Positions 7,287 through 16,329 of a stretch of 64,000 bases of DNA are shown piece after piece. Every line of letters begins with the position of its first letter. Position 1 is the first letter of the stretch. The DNA comes from an uncultured Gammaproteobacteria bacterium (GTDB taxonomy: Bacteria; Patescibacteriota; Microgenomatia; Levybacterales; GWA1-39-11): the NCBI GenBank assembly GCA_964627245.1, contig CAZVGS010000001.1, positions 153,256 through 217,255 of the forward strand, written 5' to 3'. Under the pieces are notes generated by a model. The model ran no database searches, was not told where the DNA came from, and worked only from the letters and a program-made list of their open reading frames with translations. The translations under genes and the position numbers were made by a program.

Positions 7287-9053
7287 ATGACAAACACAAA
7301 TTCTGATATAGCAAAACTTTTAAGACATGTAGCAGCCTCATATACAATCCTTGACGACAAAAAACATAGATTCCAGATTCTTGCTTATCAAAAAGCGGCA
7401 GACTCAATCGAGTCGCTTTCCAGAGAAGTCAAGGATTTTGCTACGGACAACAAAATCGATGAAATTCCGGGTATAGGCTACAGTATAAAAACCTACCTTT
7501 TCGAACTTATTGAGACCGGAAAAGTTGAACATTTTGATAAAGTTCTTGGGAAAGTGTCACCCGCCGTTTTTCCATTGCTTGACATTCCTACTTTCGGACC
7601 AAAAAAGGCATTTAAGCTCGTTAACGCTTTTGAACTTAAAGATCCAAATACTGTTATACAAGAGGTGTATATGCTCTGTGTGGAAAATAGAATTTCACCC
7701 CTTGATGGGTTTGGGGAAAAATCCCAAAATGATATTAAAAGAGCTATTGATGAATATAAGTTGGGCAAAACCAAATCCTCAAGAATGGTCTTAGCTTTGG
7801 CGTCGGAAATATCAGATAACATGCTATCTTATCTGAAAAAAGATAAAAACGTTATTGAGGCCTACACCCTGGGAAGTCTAAGGAGGATGAAATCAACAAT
7901 TGGCGACATTGATATTGCTGTAAGTTCGAATGCGCCAGAAAAGGTACTGGATTATTTCACCGCTTTCCCATATAAAGATAGAATAATTGAGCGTGGAGAG
8001 ATAACATCGTCCATAATTTTATCGGGCAATAAGCAGGTAGACCTTATGGTGTTAAAGCCAGAAATGATGGGATCCTTACTCCAACACTTCACCGGCAGCA
8101 AGGAGCACAACGTGGCGCTTCGAGAATTCGCAATTAAGAAAGGCTATTCACTTTCAGAAAAAGGAATCAAGCTAAAAGATGGCACACTAAAAACTTTCGG
8201 GAAAGAGGAGGACTTTTATAATTTTCTTGGTCTTGACTGGATTCCCCCCGAATTGAGAGAGAATCAAGGTGAAATTGAATTAGCAAAAAAAAATAATTTA
8301 CCTCGACTGGTTGAGTTAAAGGACATTCGAGGCGATTTTCATATACATTCCAGCTATCCAATAGAGCCGAGTCATGACCTGGGAGCTAACACAATGGAAG
8401 AAATGCTTTCCGATGCAAAAGCATTGGGTTATAAATATTTCGGTTTCTCAGAACACAACCCAAGCGTTGGAAATCACAGTGAAGAACAAATTTACTCTAT
8501 TCTTCTTAAAAGGAACAAAAAAATAGAACAACTTCGTAAGAGTAATAAAAGTATACGTATAATTAATTTACTTGAAGTTGATATTTTGGTTAGCGGCGAA
8601 CTTGCATTAAGCGATCGGTGTCTTGAGCTTCTGGATATGGCAATAGTTTCTATACACTCTTCTTTTAGAACCCCAAAAGAAATAATGACTAGTAGAATTA
8701 TAAAAGGACTGTCTCATCCAAAGGCAAAGATATTTGCACATCCTTCAGGAAGACTCATAAACCAACGGGAGCCTTATGAGGTTGATTGGCGCAAACTGTT
8801 CAAATTCACAGCAAAAAATAATAAGGCGCTTGAAATCAACTCATGGCCGACAAGACTGGATCTGTCAGACAGTTTGGTAAAGGAGGCAAAGACCTACAAC
8901 TGCAAATTTATTGTTAACACGGACAGCCATGCAGTCGCCCATATGAAAAATATGCCATACGGCGTTGCAGTTGCAAGACGAGGATGGTGCGAAAAGGAAG
9001 ATATCATTAACACATTGCCAACAGACAAGCTTTTGAGGTGGATTTCCTCTTAG
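7287..9053 (+). CDS. polX: DNA polymerase X family with C-terminal PHP domain
   Basis: HhH motifs (IPGIG, IPTFGPKKA), GSLRR..TIGDIDI, QVDL, LQHFTGSKEHN, WIPPELRE. PHP ligands in DFHIHS, SEHN, LEVDI, SIHS, AHPSGR and NTDSH. Confidence 0.95.
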   Translation: MTNTNSDIAKLLRHVAASYTILDDKKHRFQILAYQKAADSIESLSREVKDFATDNKIDEIPGIGYSIKTYLFELIETGKVEHFDKVLGKVSPAVFPLLDIPTFGPKKAFKLVNAFELKDPNTVIQEVYMLCVENRISPLDGFGEKSQNDIKRAIDEYKLGKTKSSRMVLALASEISDNMLSYLKKDKNVIEAYTLGSLRRMKSTIGDIDIAVSSNAPEKVLDYFTAFPYKDRIIERGEITSSIILSGNKQVDLMVLKPEMMGSLLQHFTGSKEHNVALREFAIKKGYSLSEKGIKLKDGTLKTFGKEEDFYNFLGLDWIPPELRENQGEIELAKKNNLPRLVELKDIRGDFHIHSSYPIEPSHDLGANTMEEMLSDAKALGYKYFGFSEHNPSVGNHSEEQIYSILLKRNKKIEQLRKSNKSIRIINLLEVDILVSGELALSDRCLELLDMAIVSIHSSFRTPKEIMTSRIIKGLSHPKAKIFAHPSGRLINQREPYEVDWRKLFKFTAKNNKALEINSWPTRLDLSDSLVKEAKTYNCKFIVNTDSHAVAHMKNMPYGVAVARRGWCEKEDIINTLPTDKLLRWISS

Positions 9054-9069
9054 GACATTTCAGCCTCAA

Positions 9070-9098
9070 TTGACAGCAAATCTGTGTTATGAGATAAT
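9070..9098 (+). promoter_or_regulatory. Sigma70 promoter for lemA-htpX
   Basis: TTGACA-N17-GATAAT with extended TG; the -10 box ends 9 nt before the ATG. Confidence 0.7.
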
Positions 9099-9107
9099 GT
9101 ATAAGTT

Positions 9108-9665
9108 ATGAATATTTGGATAGGAATAATTGCATTTTTAGCACTAGGAGTAATAGCCTATATCTGGCTGACATACAACTCCCTTATCACCCTCAGAGAA
9201 AGAATCAAAGAAGCACTTTCAGGAATCGACGTTCAGCTTAAAAGAAGGGCGGATCTTATTCCAAACCTCCTTGAGACAGTTAAAGGATACGCAAAACATG
9301 AAAAGGAAGTTTTTGAGAATGTCACGAAGGCAAGAAGCATGCTTATGAAGGCAGACTCACTTCCTGATAAAGCAGCTGCGGACAACATGTTGACTGGAGC
9401 TCTTAAATCTCTTTTTGCTGTAGCTGAAGCGTATCCTGATCTTAAAGCAAGCGAAAACTTCAAAGAATTGCAGGATGAACTGGCCGATACGGAGGACAAA
9501 GTCAGCTATTCAAGACAATTCTACAATTCAAATGTTCTGGCATTCAATACTAAAATCCAAACATTTCCTGCAAATTTGATTGCATCTCAGTTTGGCTTCA
9601 AAGCATACGAGTTCTTCGAAGTCGACGAGGAGTCTGAAAGAAAAGCTCCCAAGGTAAAGTTTTAG
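9108..9665 (+). CDS. lemA: LemA family protein
   Basis: N-terminal [35 protein letters not shown] and RQFYN. Confidence 0.95.
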   Translation: MNIWIGIIAFLALGVIAYIWLTYNSLITLRERIKEALSGIDVQLKRRADLIPNLLETVKGYAKHEKEVFENVTKARSMLMKADSLPDKAAADNMLTGALKSLFAVAEAYPDLKASENFKELQDELADTEDKVSYSRQFYNSNVLAFNTKIQTFPANLIASQFGFKAYEFFEVDEESERKAPKVKF

Positions 9666-9689
9666 TATCAATTCTATCCCTCTTTACGT

Positions 9690-10592
9690 ATGACAATCTA
9701 CAATCAGATTTCATCTAACAAATGGAAAACTTATCTCATGATGGGGAGCTTCATATTGCTTTTCTTAGTCGTTTCATATTTTATCGGCAAATCTCTTGGG
9801 TATGGATTATCATTCGTTGGAATATTCTTGATTATTTCAGGAGTCATGTCATTTGTAAGCTACTATTACTCCGACAAGATTGTTCTTTCAATGAGCGGTG
9901 CGAAAATAGCAAATAGAGATGAACATAGAGCTCTCTTTAACTCTGTTGAAAATTTATGTATTGCTTCCGGAATGCCAAAACCAAAAGTATACGTGATAAA
10001 TGAAACAGCACCCAATGCTTTCGCAACCGGAAGGGATCCGGACCATGCTGTTATTGCTGCGACGACCGGACTGCTATCAATTCTTTCCGAAGCAGAGCTT
10101 GAAGGAGTAATTGGCCATGAGCTTTCGCATATCAAGAATTATGACACGAGACTTATGGGAGTAGTCGCAATATTAGCCGGCTCGATTGCAATAATTGCGG
10201 ATTTTTTCCTCCGAAGCCTTTTTTGGGGAGGAATTGGAGGAGATAATAACAACAAAAACACTCATCCTATCTTTTTTTTACTTGCTATAGTTGCAGCTAT
10301 ACTGGCTCCGATTGCAGCGATGCTTATACAATTTGCAGTTTCCCGGAAAAGAGAGTTTTTGGCTGATGCCTCTGGAGCTCTTTTAACACGCCACCCGGAG
10401 GCTTTAGCAAGGGCTTTGGAAAAAATAGCATCAGACAATCATAAGATGAAAAATGCATCAAATGCTATCGCCCACCTTTACATAGAGAACCCATTCAAAA
10501 CGGACTCAAGAAAAAAAGTTTCATTTTTTTCAAACCTCTTCTCTACCCATCCGCCCGCTGCGGAGAGAATCCGGATACTCCGTTCGATGTAA
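9690..10592 (+). CDS. htpX: Zinc metalloprotease HtpX (M48)
   Basis: PNAFATGR, GVIGHELSHIKN (HExxH), SRKREFLADA and FSTHPP..ERI. Confidence 0.95.
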   Translation: MTIYNQISSNKWKTYLMMGSFILLFLVVSYFIGKSLGYGLSFVGIFLIISGVMSFVSYYYSDKIVLSMSGAKIANRDEHRALFNSVENLCIASGMPKPKVYVINETAPNAFATGRDPDHAVIAATTGLLSILSEAELEGVIGHELSHIKNYDTRLMGVVAILAGSIAIIADFFLRSLFWGGIGGDNNNKNTHPIFFLLAIVAAILAPIAAMLIQFAVSRKREFLADASGALLTRHPEALARALEKIASDNHKMKNASNAIAHLYIENPFKTDSRKKVSFFSNLFSTHPPAAERIRILRSM

Positions 10593-10632
10593 AGCGGCCT
10601 AAAATCCTTTTTGGTTTTGTTATACTTATTCC

Positions 10633-11916
10633 ATGCATCACGCAATAGTCGCAGCAAAAACTGTTTTGAGGATATCAAAGAAATTCAATCTTGGATCAGG
10701 CTCAACCTGGCCGGGTCACGTAGCTTTGAAATTAGATAAAAAATTTATTAAAAAGATTATCGATCAAAATCCGGGAACAAAAATAATTCTAATTGCAGGA
10801 ACCAATGGAAAAACCACTACAACAAAAGCGCTTGCTCATGTATTGGAAATATCAGGATATTCTGTAGTAGCAAATGATGCCGGAGCTAATCTTCTTAATG
10901 GCTTAGCAACTCTTATCGCAGAAAGTGTTAAAATCTCAGGAAAACTTCAGCACAAAGTAATAATTTTTGAAGTTGATGAGAACACTCTGCCGAATGTTAC
11001 AAACCAGATACCAAATCCTTCTTGCATTGTTATGCTCAATCTTTTCAGAGATCAACTGGACCGATATGGAGAAGTAAATAGTACGGCTGAAAAGTGGCGG
11101 GCGGCAATTCAAAATTTAGATCCAAGAACTCTTGTTGTCGCAAATGCAGATGATCCAGTCGTATCTCATGTAGCTTCGTTCTCAAAAAACACGAAGTTTT
11201 TTACAGTTAATTCTAAACATAGATCAGAAAGAACTTTGGAACATGCTGTTGACTCAACAACATGCCCAAAATGTACTTCTCCTCTCAGATACATTTCTGT
11301 ATCCTATTCACATCTAGGCAATTACCTTTGCGAAAAATGCGGATTTACAAACTCTAAGGCTACAGGTTTGGATATTCAAACATCCCTCTTGGGATCTTAC
11401 AATCAATACAATTTGAATGCAGCGTTATGCGTTCTTAAAGAGGTCTTCAATATCAGAGAAAATGATATATTAAAAAGTTTTGAGTCACTCAAGCCTGCTT
11501 TTGGCCGCCAAGAGATCTTTAGAATTGACAATAAGGAAGTAATGCTTCTTCTCTCAAAGAATCCTACCGGTTTTAATCAAAGCCTGAAGGTCGCTTCAAG
11601 CAATTCTGACACAACCCTTTTATTGCTCTTAAACGACCGCGTGCCCGACGGGAGAGACATCTCATGGATATGGGACGTAGATTTTGAAAATTTAAGGTAT
11701 TCTAAGAAAAAAATTATTGTTTCAGGAGACAGATGCTACGACATATCTAACAGATTGTTATTTGCAAATGTTAGCCACACAGCTATAGAAAATCAAAAGG
11801 AGGCATTGTGGGAAAGCCTAATGCATACAGAAAGTGGAAAGAGGCTAACCATTCTGCCGACATATTCTGCAATGCTTGAGATAAGGAAAGAAATTTCAGG
11901 CAGAAAAATACTATGA
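10633..11916 (+). CDS. murT: Lipid II isoglutaminyl synthase subunit MurT
   Basis: GTNGKTTT, GANLLNG, FEVDE, NLFRDQLDRYGE, Zn finger CPKC..CEKC, KNPTG, DGRDISWIWD and PTYSAML. Confidence 0.93.
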   Translation: MHHAIVAAKTVLRISKKFNLGSGSTWPGHVALKLDKKFIKKIIDQNPGTKIILIAGTNGKTTTTKALAHVLEISGYSVVANDAGANLLNGLATLIAESVKISGKLQHKVIIFEVDENTLPNVTNQIPNPSCIVMLNLFRDQLDRYGEVNSTAEKWRAAIQNLDPRTLVVANADDPVVSHVASFSKNTKFFTVNSKHRSERTLEHAVDSTTCPKCTSPLRYISVSYSHLGNYLCEKCGFTNSKATGLDIQTSLLGSYNQYNLNAALCVLKEVFNIRENDILKSFESLKPAFGRQEIFRIDNKEVMLLLSKNPTGFNQSLKVASSNSDTTLLLLLNDRVPDGRDISWIWDVDFENLRYSKKKIIVSGDRCYDISNRLLFANVSHTAIENQKEALWESLMHTESGKRLTILPTYSAMLEIRKEISGRKIL

Positions 11917-12680
11917 AAAAAATGAATATCCTCAATCCAAAACTAACAATTGCCTGGCTTTATCCAGAGATGATGTCGACATATGGTGACCGGGGCAATA
12001 TCATTGTTCTTAAAAAAATTGCTGAGGATAACAATATAAATATTGACATCTTAAGAGTCAACCACGCGTCTGACCCGGGCATTCTTAAAGAAAGTGATAT
12101 TTTATTTATGGGCGGCGCACAGGATCTACAGCAGGAGATAGTCAATACGGATTTGATTTCAAGTAAAGGAAAAGTCCTTTTGGAAATGGTTGAGAATGAA
12201 ATTCCGGGACTTTATGTGTGCGGCGCATATCAATTTTTAGGAAACTACTATAAAGACGCGTATGGAACAGAAATAAAAGGGCTTGGAGTATTTGACATGC
12301 ACACAGAAAGTCACAGAACAAAGCCCCGCCTCATAGGAAATATTATTATTTCTCCAACTAAACCCTATCTAAACCCTAAATCCTTATTTGTTGGTTTTGA
12401 AAATCATGGAGGAAGAACTTATCTAAAAGACAAATCCCAAGCATTCGCTAAAGTAATAAAAGGATACGGCAACAATGGAGAGGACGGAACAGAGGGAATA
12501 ATTTATAAAAATTCAATTGGAACTTACCTCCACGGCCCAATCCTTCCTTCAAATCCAAGCTTAGCAATAAAAATTCTGGAAACTGCCTTAGTAAAAAAAT
12601 ACGATAAAAAAGTTAAACTTGTATTTGATGATGCAATCTCCCAGAAAGCAAAAGAGACTATTCTACAAAGATATAGTTAA
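11913..12680 (+). CDS. gatD: Lipid II isoglutaminyl synthase glutaminase subunit GatD (CobQ-like GATase)
   Basis: LYPEMMSTYGDRGN, GGAQD..Q, VCGAYQFLG (catalytic Cys), GFENHGG and TYLHGP. Overlaps murT by 4 nt. Confidence 0.93.
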   Translation: MKKMNILNPKLTIAWLYPEMMSTYGDRGNIIVLKKIAEDNNINIDILRVNHASDPGILKESDILFMGGAQDLQQEIVNTDLISSKGKVLLEMVENEIPGLYVCGAYQFLGNYYKDAYGTEIKGLGVFDMHTESHRTKPRLIGNIIISPTKPYLNPKSLFVGFENHGGRTYLKDKSQAFAKVIKGYGNNGEDGTEGIIYKNSIGTYLHGPILPSNPSLAIKILETALVKKYDKKVKLVFDDAISQKAKETILQRYS

Positions 12681-12692
12681 AACTCCTAACGC

Positions 12693-12721
12693 TTGCGGTT
12701 TGAACTTAGGCACATTACAAT
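12693..12721 (+). promoter_or_regulatory. Sigma70 promoter for gatCAB (leaderless-like)
   Basis: TTGCGG-N17-TACAAT; the -10 box ends 6 nt before the gatC ATG. Confidence 0.6.
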
Positions 12722-12727
12722 AAGGTA

Positions 12728-13015
12728 ATGAAAATTGATGTAAAGAAGGTAGCAAGACTTGCCAATTTAACTCTAACTCCCGAAGAAGAGGACGAGTTTG
12801 ATAAGCAATTGAATAATATCGTCGGCTATATTGAAAAACTAAATTCAGTCGATACTTCCAACGTGGAACCAACAGCACAGGTAACAGGTCTTAAAAATAA
12901 AAGACGCAATGATAACTTTTCCGACGATACTCTTTCACAAGAAGAAGCACTCGCAGGAGGCAAGAAAACTCACAATGGTTTGTTTGTTGTTGACAAATTG
13001 GTCGATACAACATAG
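12728..13015 (+). CDS. gatC: Asp/Glu-tRNA amidotransferase subunit C
   Basis: VKKVARLANL, IVGYIEKLNSVDT.NVEPT; directly upstream of gatA. Confidence 0.93.
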   Translation: MKIDVKKVARLANLTLTPEEEDEFDKQLNNIVGYIEKLNSVDTSNVEPTAQVTGLKNKRRNDNFSDDTLSQEEALAGGKKTHNGLFVVDKLVDTT

Positions 13016-13030
13016 CCAAGAGTTAAAAGT

Positions 13031-13051
13031 CATTAGACGTTAGACATTAGA
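13031..13051. repeat. Short heptamer tandem repeat, C(A/G)TTAGA x3
   Basis: cattaga-cgttaga-cattaga in the gatC-gatA spacer. Confidence 0.55.
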
Positions 13052-13053
13052 AA

Positions 13054-14454
13054 ATGCAAATACAAGATTTTACAATTTCAGACATTAATGAAGGTTATAA
13101 AGCCAAGAAATTTTCCGTTTCTGAAGTAATAAACTCTTATCTTGAAAGGGTAGAGAAATTAAACACAACTCTCAATGCTTTTATCACCATTGATGCTGAA
13201 AATGCGAAAAGGAAGGCAAAAGAATTAGACAATAAAGGAACAACAAATGCGCTTCACGGAATCCCATTCGGAATAAAAGATATGTTTTTAACAAAAGGTG
13301 TCAAAACTACTGCTGCATCAAATGTGCTTAAAAATTACATACCGCCCTATTCGTCCTCGGCTATAGACAGGCTCGAAGCAGCAGGGGCAATTTCTTTAGG
13401 AAAACTCAATCACGACGCATGGGCTCATGGCTCATCGGGTGAAAATTCAGATTTTGGAAATACTCTAAATCCTTGGAATCAAGACTTTATTCCCGGAGGT
13501 TCTTCCTCAGGATCCGGTGCATCCGTTGCTGCAGGAATGGTCCCATTTTCAACAGGAACAGATACCGGTGGCTCAATAAGACTACCAGCAAGTTTTACAA
13601 ATACAGTCGGCTTAAAGCCAACATATGGTTTAGTTTCCCGATATGGAGTGATAGCCATGGCATCTTCACTCGATTCAATTGGACATTTTTCAATAAACGT
13701 TCGCGATAGCGCAGAAATACTAAACATTACTGCAGGATCCGACGGTTATGATTCCACTGTTTCAGAACGAAAAAAGGAAGACTATACAGAAAAAATTGGA
13801 CAAGACATAAAAGGATTAAAAATTGGCGTACCAAAAGAGTATATCGAGGGCCTTTCAAGAGAAGTAAAAGGCGTGTTTGATGATGCACTAAAAACTCTTG
13901 AAAAATTGGGAGCGGATATCATTGAGATATCACTTCCCCACACTGATGAGGGGATTGCAGTATATTACATTATTCAGCCTTCTGAAGTGTCATCAAACTT
14001 GGCTAGGTACGATGGAATTCGCTATGGAAATGAAAGATCATATTTTGGAAAAGAGGCAAAGAGGCGCATAATGCTTGGGACATTCACGCTTTCTTCCGGC
14101 TATTATGACGCATACTATAAAAAAGCAATGCAGGTAAGAACCTTAATAAAGAATGACTTTGATGAGGCTTACAAAAAAGCAGATCTTCTTATCTCCCCAG
14201 TCTCCCCGACTCCGCCTTGGAAATTTGGTGAAAAAGCAAGCGACCCTTTACAGATGTATTTGTCTGACGCTTTGACAGTAACTGTTAATTTAGCGGGTAT
14301 TCCCGGCCTTGCCGTACCCGCAGGGTTTTCCAGTGACAAACTCCCGATAGGCATCCAATTTTTAGGACCGCATTTCTCAGAAAAACTCTTATTTCAAGTC
14401 GGTCATGCGTTTGAAGAAGAAACGAAATTTTACTTAGAAAAACCAAATTTATGA
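13054..14454 (+). CDS. gatA: Asp/Glu-tRNA amidotransferase subunit A
   Basis: GIKD, PGGSSSGSGA, GTDTGGSIRLPA, SSNLARYDG and RRIMLGTF.LSSGYYDAYY. Confidence 0.97.
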   Translation: MQIQDFTISDINEGYKAKKFSVSEVINSYLERVEKLNTTLNAFITIDAENAKRKAKELDNKGTTNALHGIPFGIKDMFLTKGVKTTAASNVLKNYIPPYSSSAIDRLEAAGAISLGKLNHDAWAHGSSGENSDFGNTLNPWNQDFIPGGSSSGSGASVAAGMVPFSTGTDTGGSIRLPASFTNTVGLKPTYGLVSRYGVIAMASSLDSIGHFSINVRDSAEILNITAGSDGYDSTVSERKKEDYTEKIGQDIKGLKIGVPKEYIEGLSREVKGVFDDALKTLEKLGADIIEISLPHTDEGIAVYYIIQPSEVSSNLARYDGIRYGNERSYFGKEAKRRIMLGTFTLSSGYYDAYYKKAMQVRTLIKNDFDEAYKKADLLISPVSPTPPWKFGEKASDPLQMYLSDALTVTVNLAGIPGLAVPAGFSSDKLPIGIQFLGPHFSEKLLFQVGHAFEEETKFYLEKPNL

Positions 14455-15785
14455 ACACTAATTACGAAACAGTAGTCGGAATGGAAATCCATGTCGAGCT
14501 TTCGACTATGACAAAAATGTTTTGCCGCTGCCCCGTACCGGCATTGTCAGACAAACCAAACACACGAACATGTCCCATTTGTCTTGGCCTTCCTGGGGCA
14601 CTTCCCTTTCCGAATTCAAGAGCAATTGAGGACTGTATAAAAATTGGCCTTGCACTCAACTGTACTATCAACAAAAAGTCTTTCTTCGAAAGAAAAAATT
14701 ACTTTTACCCCGATCTTTCTAAAGGATTTCAAACATCTCAATTCCTTCATCCTTTTGGAGAAAAGGGCTACTTGGACATTAAATTGAACGGTACAACAAA
14801 AAGAATAGGAATAACACGGGTCCATATGGAAGAAGACACCGGAAAGCTGACCCATGCAACTGTAGACGGAAAAGAAGTATCGCTTATCGACTTCAATCGC
14901 TCAAGTGTTCCTTTGGTCGAAATTGTTACCGAACCCGACATCAGATCTGGAGAGGAAGCCAAATTATTCTTAACGGAATTACAAAAAATCATCCGTTACC
15001 TTGGAGTAAGCAATGCAGATATGGATAAAGGACAAATGAGACTTGAGCCGAATATCTCACTCCGCCCTACCGGACAAACTGAACTTGCCAAATATAAGGT
15101 GGAGGTTAAAAACATTAATTCGTTCAAATTTGTAGATAAAGCAATACAATTCGAAGAAAAAAGGCACAAAGAACTTTTGGACAAAGGTGACACGCCCGTT
15201 CAGGAAACGCGAGGCTGGAATGAATTTAAGAATAAAACTGTCAGCCAGAGATCTAAAGAAGAGGCACACGACTACCGCTATTTTCCGGAACCTGATATAC
15301 CACCGATAGAATTTACTGATGATGAAATTTCAAAAATTAAACATGAAATTCCCGAACTTCCCGATGCGAAAGCAAAAAGGTTTGTCTCTGAGCTTGGTAT
15401 TTCCGAATACACTTCGGAGATTCTTACACGGGATCTGCAAACTGCAAGCTTCTTCGAGAAAGCAGTAGAGGACGGAAAGACTATTGGAATTGATGCCAGA
15501 ACAATCGCAAATTACATTATAAATAAGAAGCCTGATCTTTCAAAAGTAGAACCGGCAGGACTTGTCAAAATGATAAAGGAAGAAACAAACGTTGAGAGTC
15601 TGGATGAAAAAACTTTAGAAGATACGATTAAAAAAGTGCTTGAAGAAAATAAGACTCTTGCCGAAGAATACAGATCAGGCAAGGTGCAGGTTTTGGGCTT
15701 TCTGATAGGACAAATAAGAAACGCTTTACCCAAAGCAAAAGACATGGATCAGATTAGAAAAACCCTCATTAAAATGCTAGAATGA
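14451..15785 (+). CDS. gatB: Asp/Glu-tRNA amidotransferase subunit B
   Basis: GMEIHVEL, CLGLPGALP, RKNYFYPDL, HMEEDTGK, EVKNINSF and DYRYFPEPD. Confidence 0.97.
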   Translation: MNTNYETVVGMEIHVELSTMTKMFCRCPVPALSDKPNTRTCPICLGLPGALPFPNSRAIEDCIKIGLALNCTINKKSFFERKNYFYPDLSKGFQTSQFLHPFGEKGYLDIKLNGTTKRIGITRVHMEEDTGKLTHATVDGKEVSLIDFNRSSVPLVEIVTEPDIRSGEEAKLFLTELQKIIRYLGVSNADMDKGQMRLEPNISLRPTGQTELAKYKVEVKNINSFKFVDKAIQFEEKRHKELLDKGDTPVQETRGWNEFKNKTVSQRSKEEAHDYRYFPEPDIPPIEFTDDEISKIKHEIPELPDAKAKRFVSELGISEYTSEILTRDLQTASFFEKAVEDGKTIGIDARTIANYIINKKPDLSKVEPAGLVKMIKEETNVESLDEKTLEDTIKKVLEENKTLAEEYRSGKVQVLGFLIGQIRNALPKAKDMDQIRKTLIKMLE

Positions 15786-15789
15786 TTCA

Positions 15790-16326
15790 ATGACTGATGA
15801 AATTAGAGACACTCCCCACCCGCAAGAGCAAAACCAAACAGCTGAAAAATATCTCGAAAGGATTGGTGCGGTTGACAGAGAGAACCTAAGAATTCTTACT
15901 AAGTCATTCGCTGATACACTTCAAACTGAAGGTGTGAAAGGGTTTATTTTTGCTGTTGGTGGAACGACAATATCCCAAAATCCGCAAGAAAGAAAGGACA
16001 TAGATTTATTGATGGGGATAGAACAAGAACTTGGGGATACATCAAAACTTGCTCCAGTTGGAAAGTACAGATTGGAGTTTGACGGATGGAAAAGTTTAGC
16101 TCTTAAGTCATTGAAGCCTCTGATAGAAAAAGGGGTCATTATTGGCTATATCGAGGATCCAATATATCCAGATAAGGAAAGAGAGAGTCTACCTGCTAAT
16201 GATGGCAAATTGGTCTTAAACTTTAGAGCCGGCAAGACGGTCGAGGTTTTGTGCCACCACGGAACAGAAATAAGTAAAACGGCAATCCAATTGTTCTCAA
16301 ATAGGAACCAAGCGCAAGCAGCATAA
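15790..16326 (+). CDS. Hypothetical protein with a Pol-beta-like nucleotidyltransferase motif
   Basis: FAVGGT-x10-DIDLL (hGG...DhD) and a candidate third carboxylate in KTVEVL. Tightly packed between gatB and dnaE. Confidence 0.6.
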   Translation: MTDEIRDTPHPQEQNQTAEKYLERIGAVDRENLRILTKSFADTLQTEGVKGFIFAVGGTTISQNPQERKDIDLLMGIEQELGDTSKLAPVGKYRLEFDGWKSLALKSLKPLIEKGVIIGYIEDPIYPDKERESLPANDGKLVLNFRAGKTVEVLCHHGTEISKTAIQLFSNRNQAQAA

Positions 16327-16329
16327 CTT

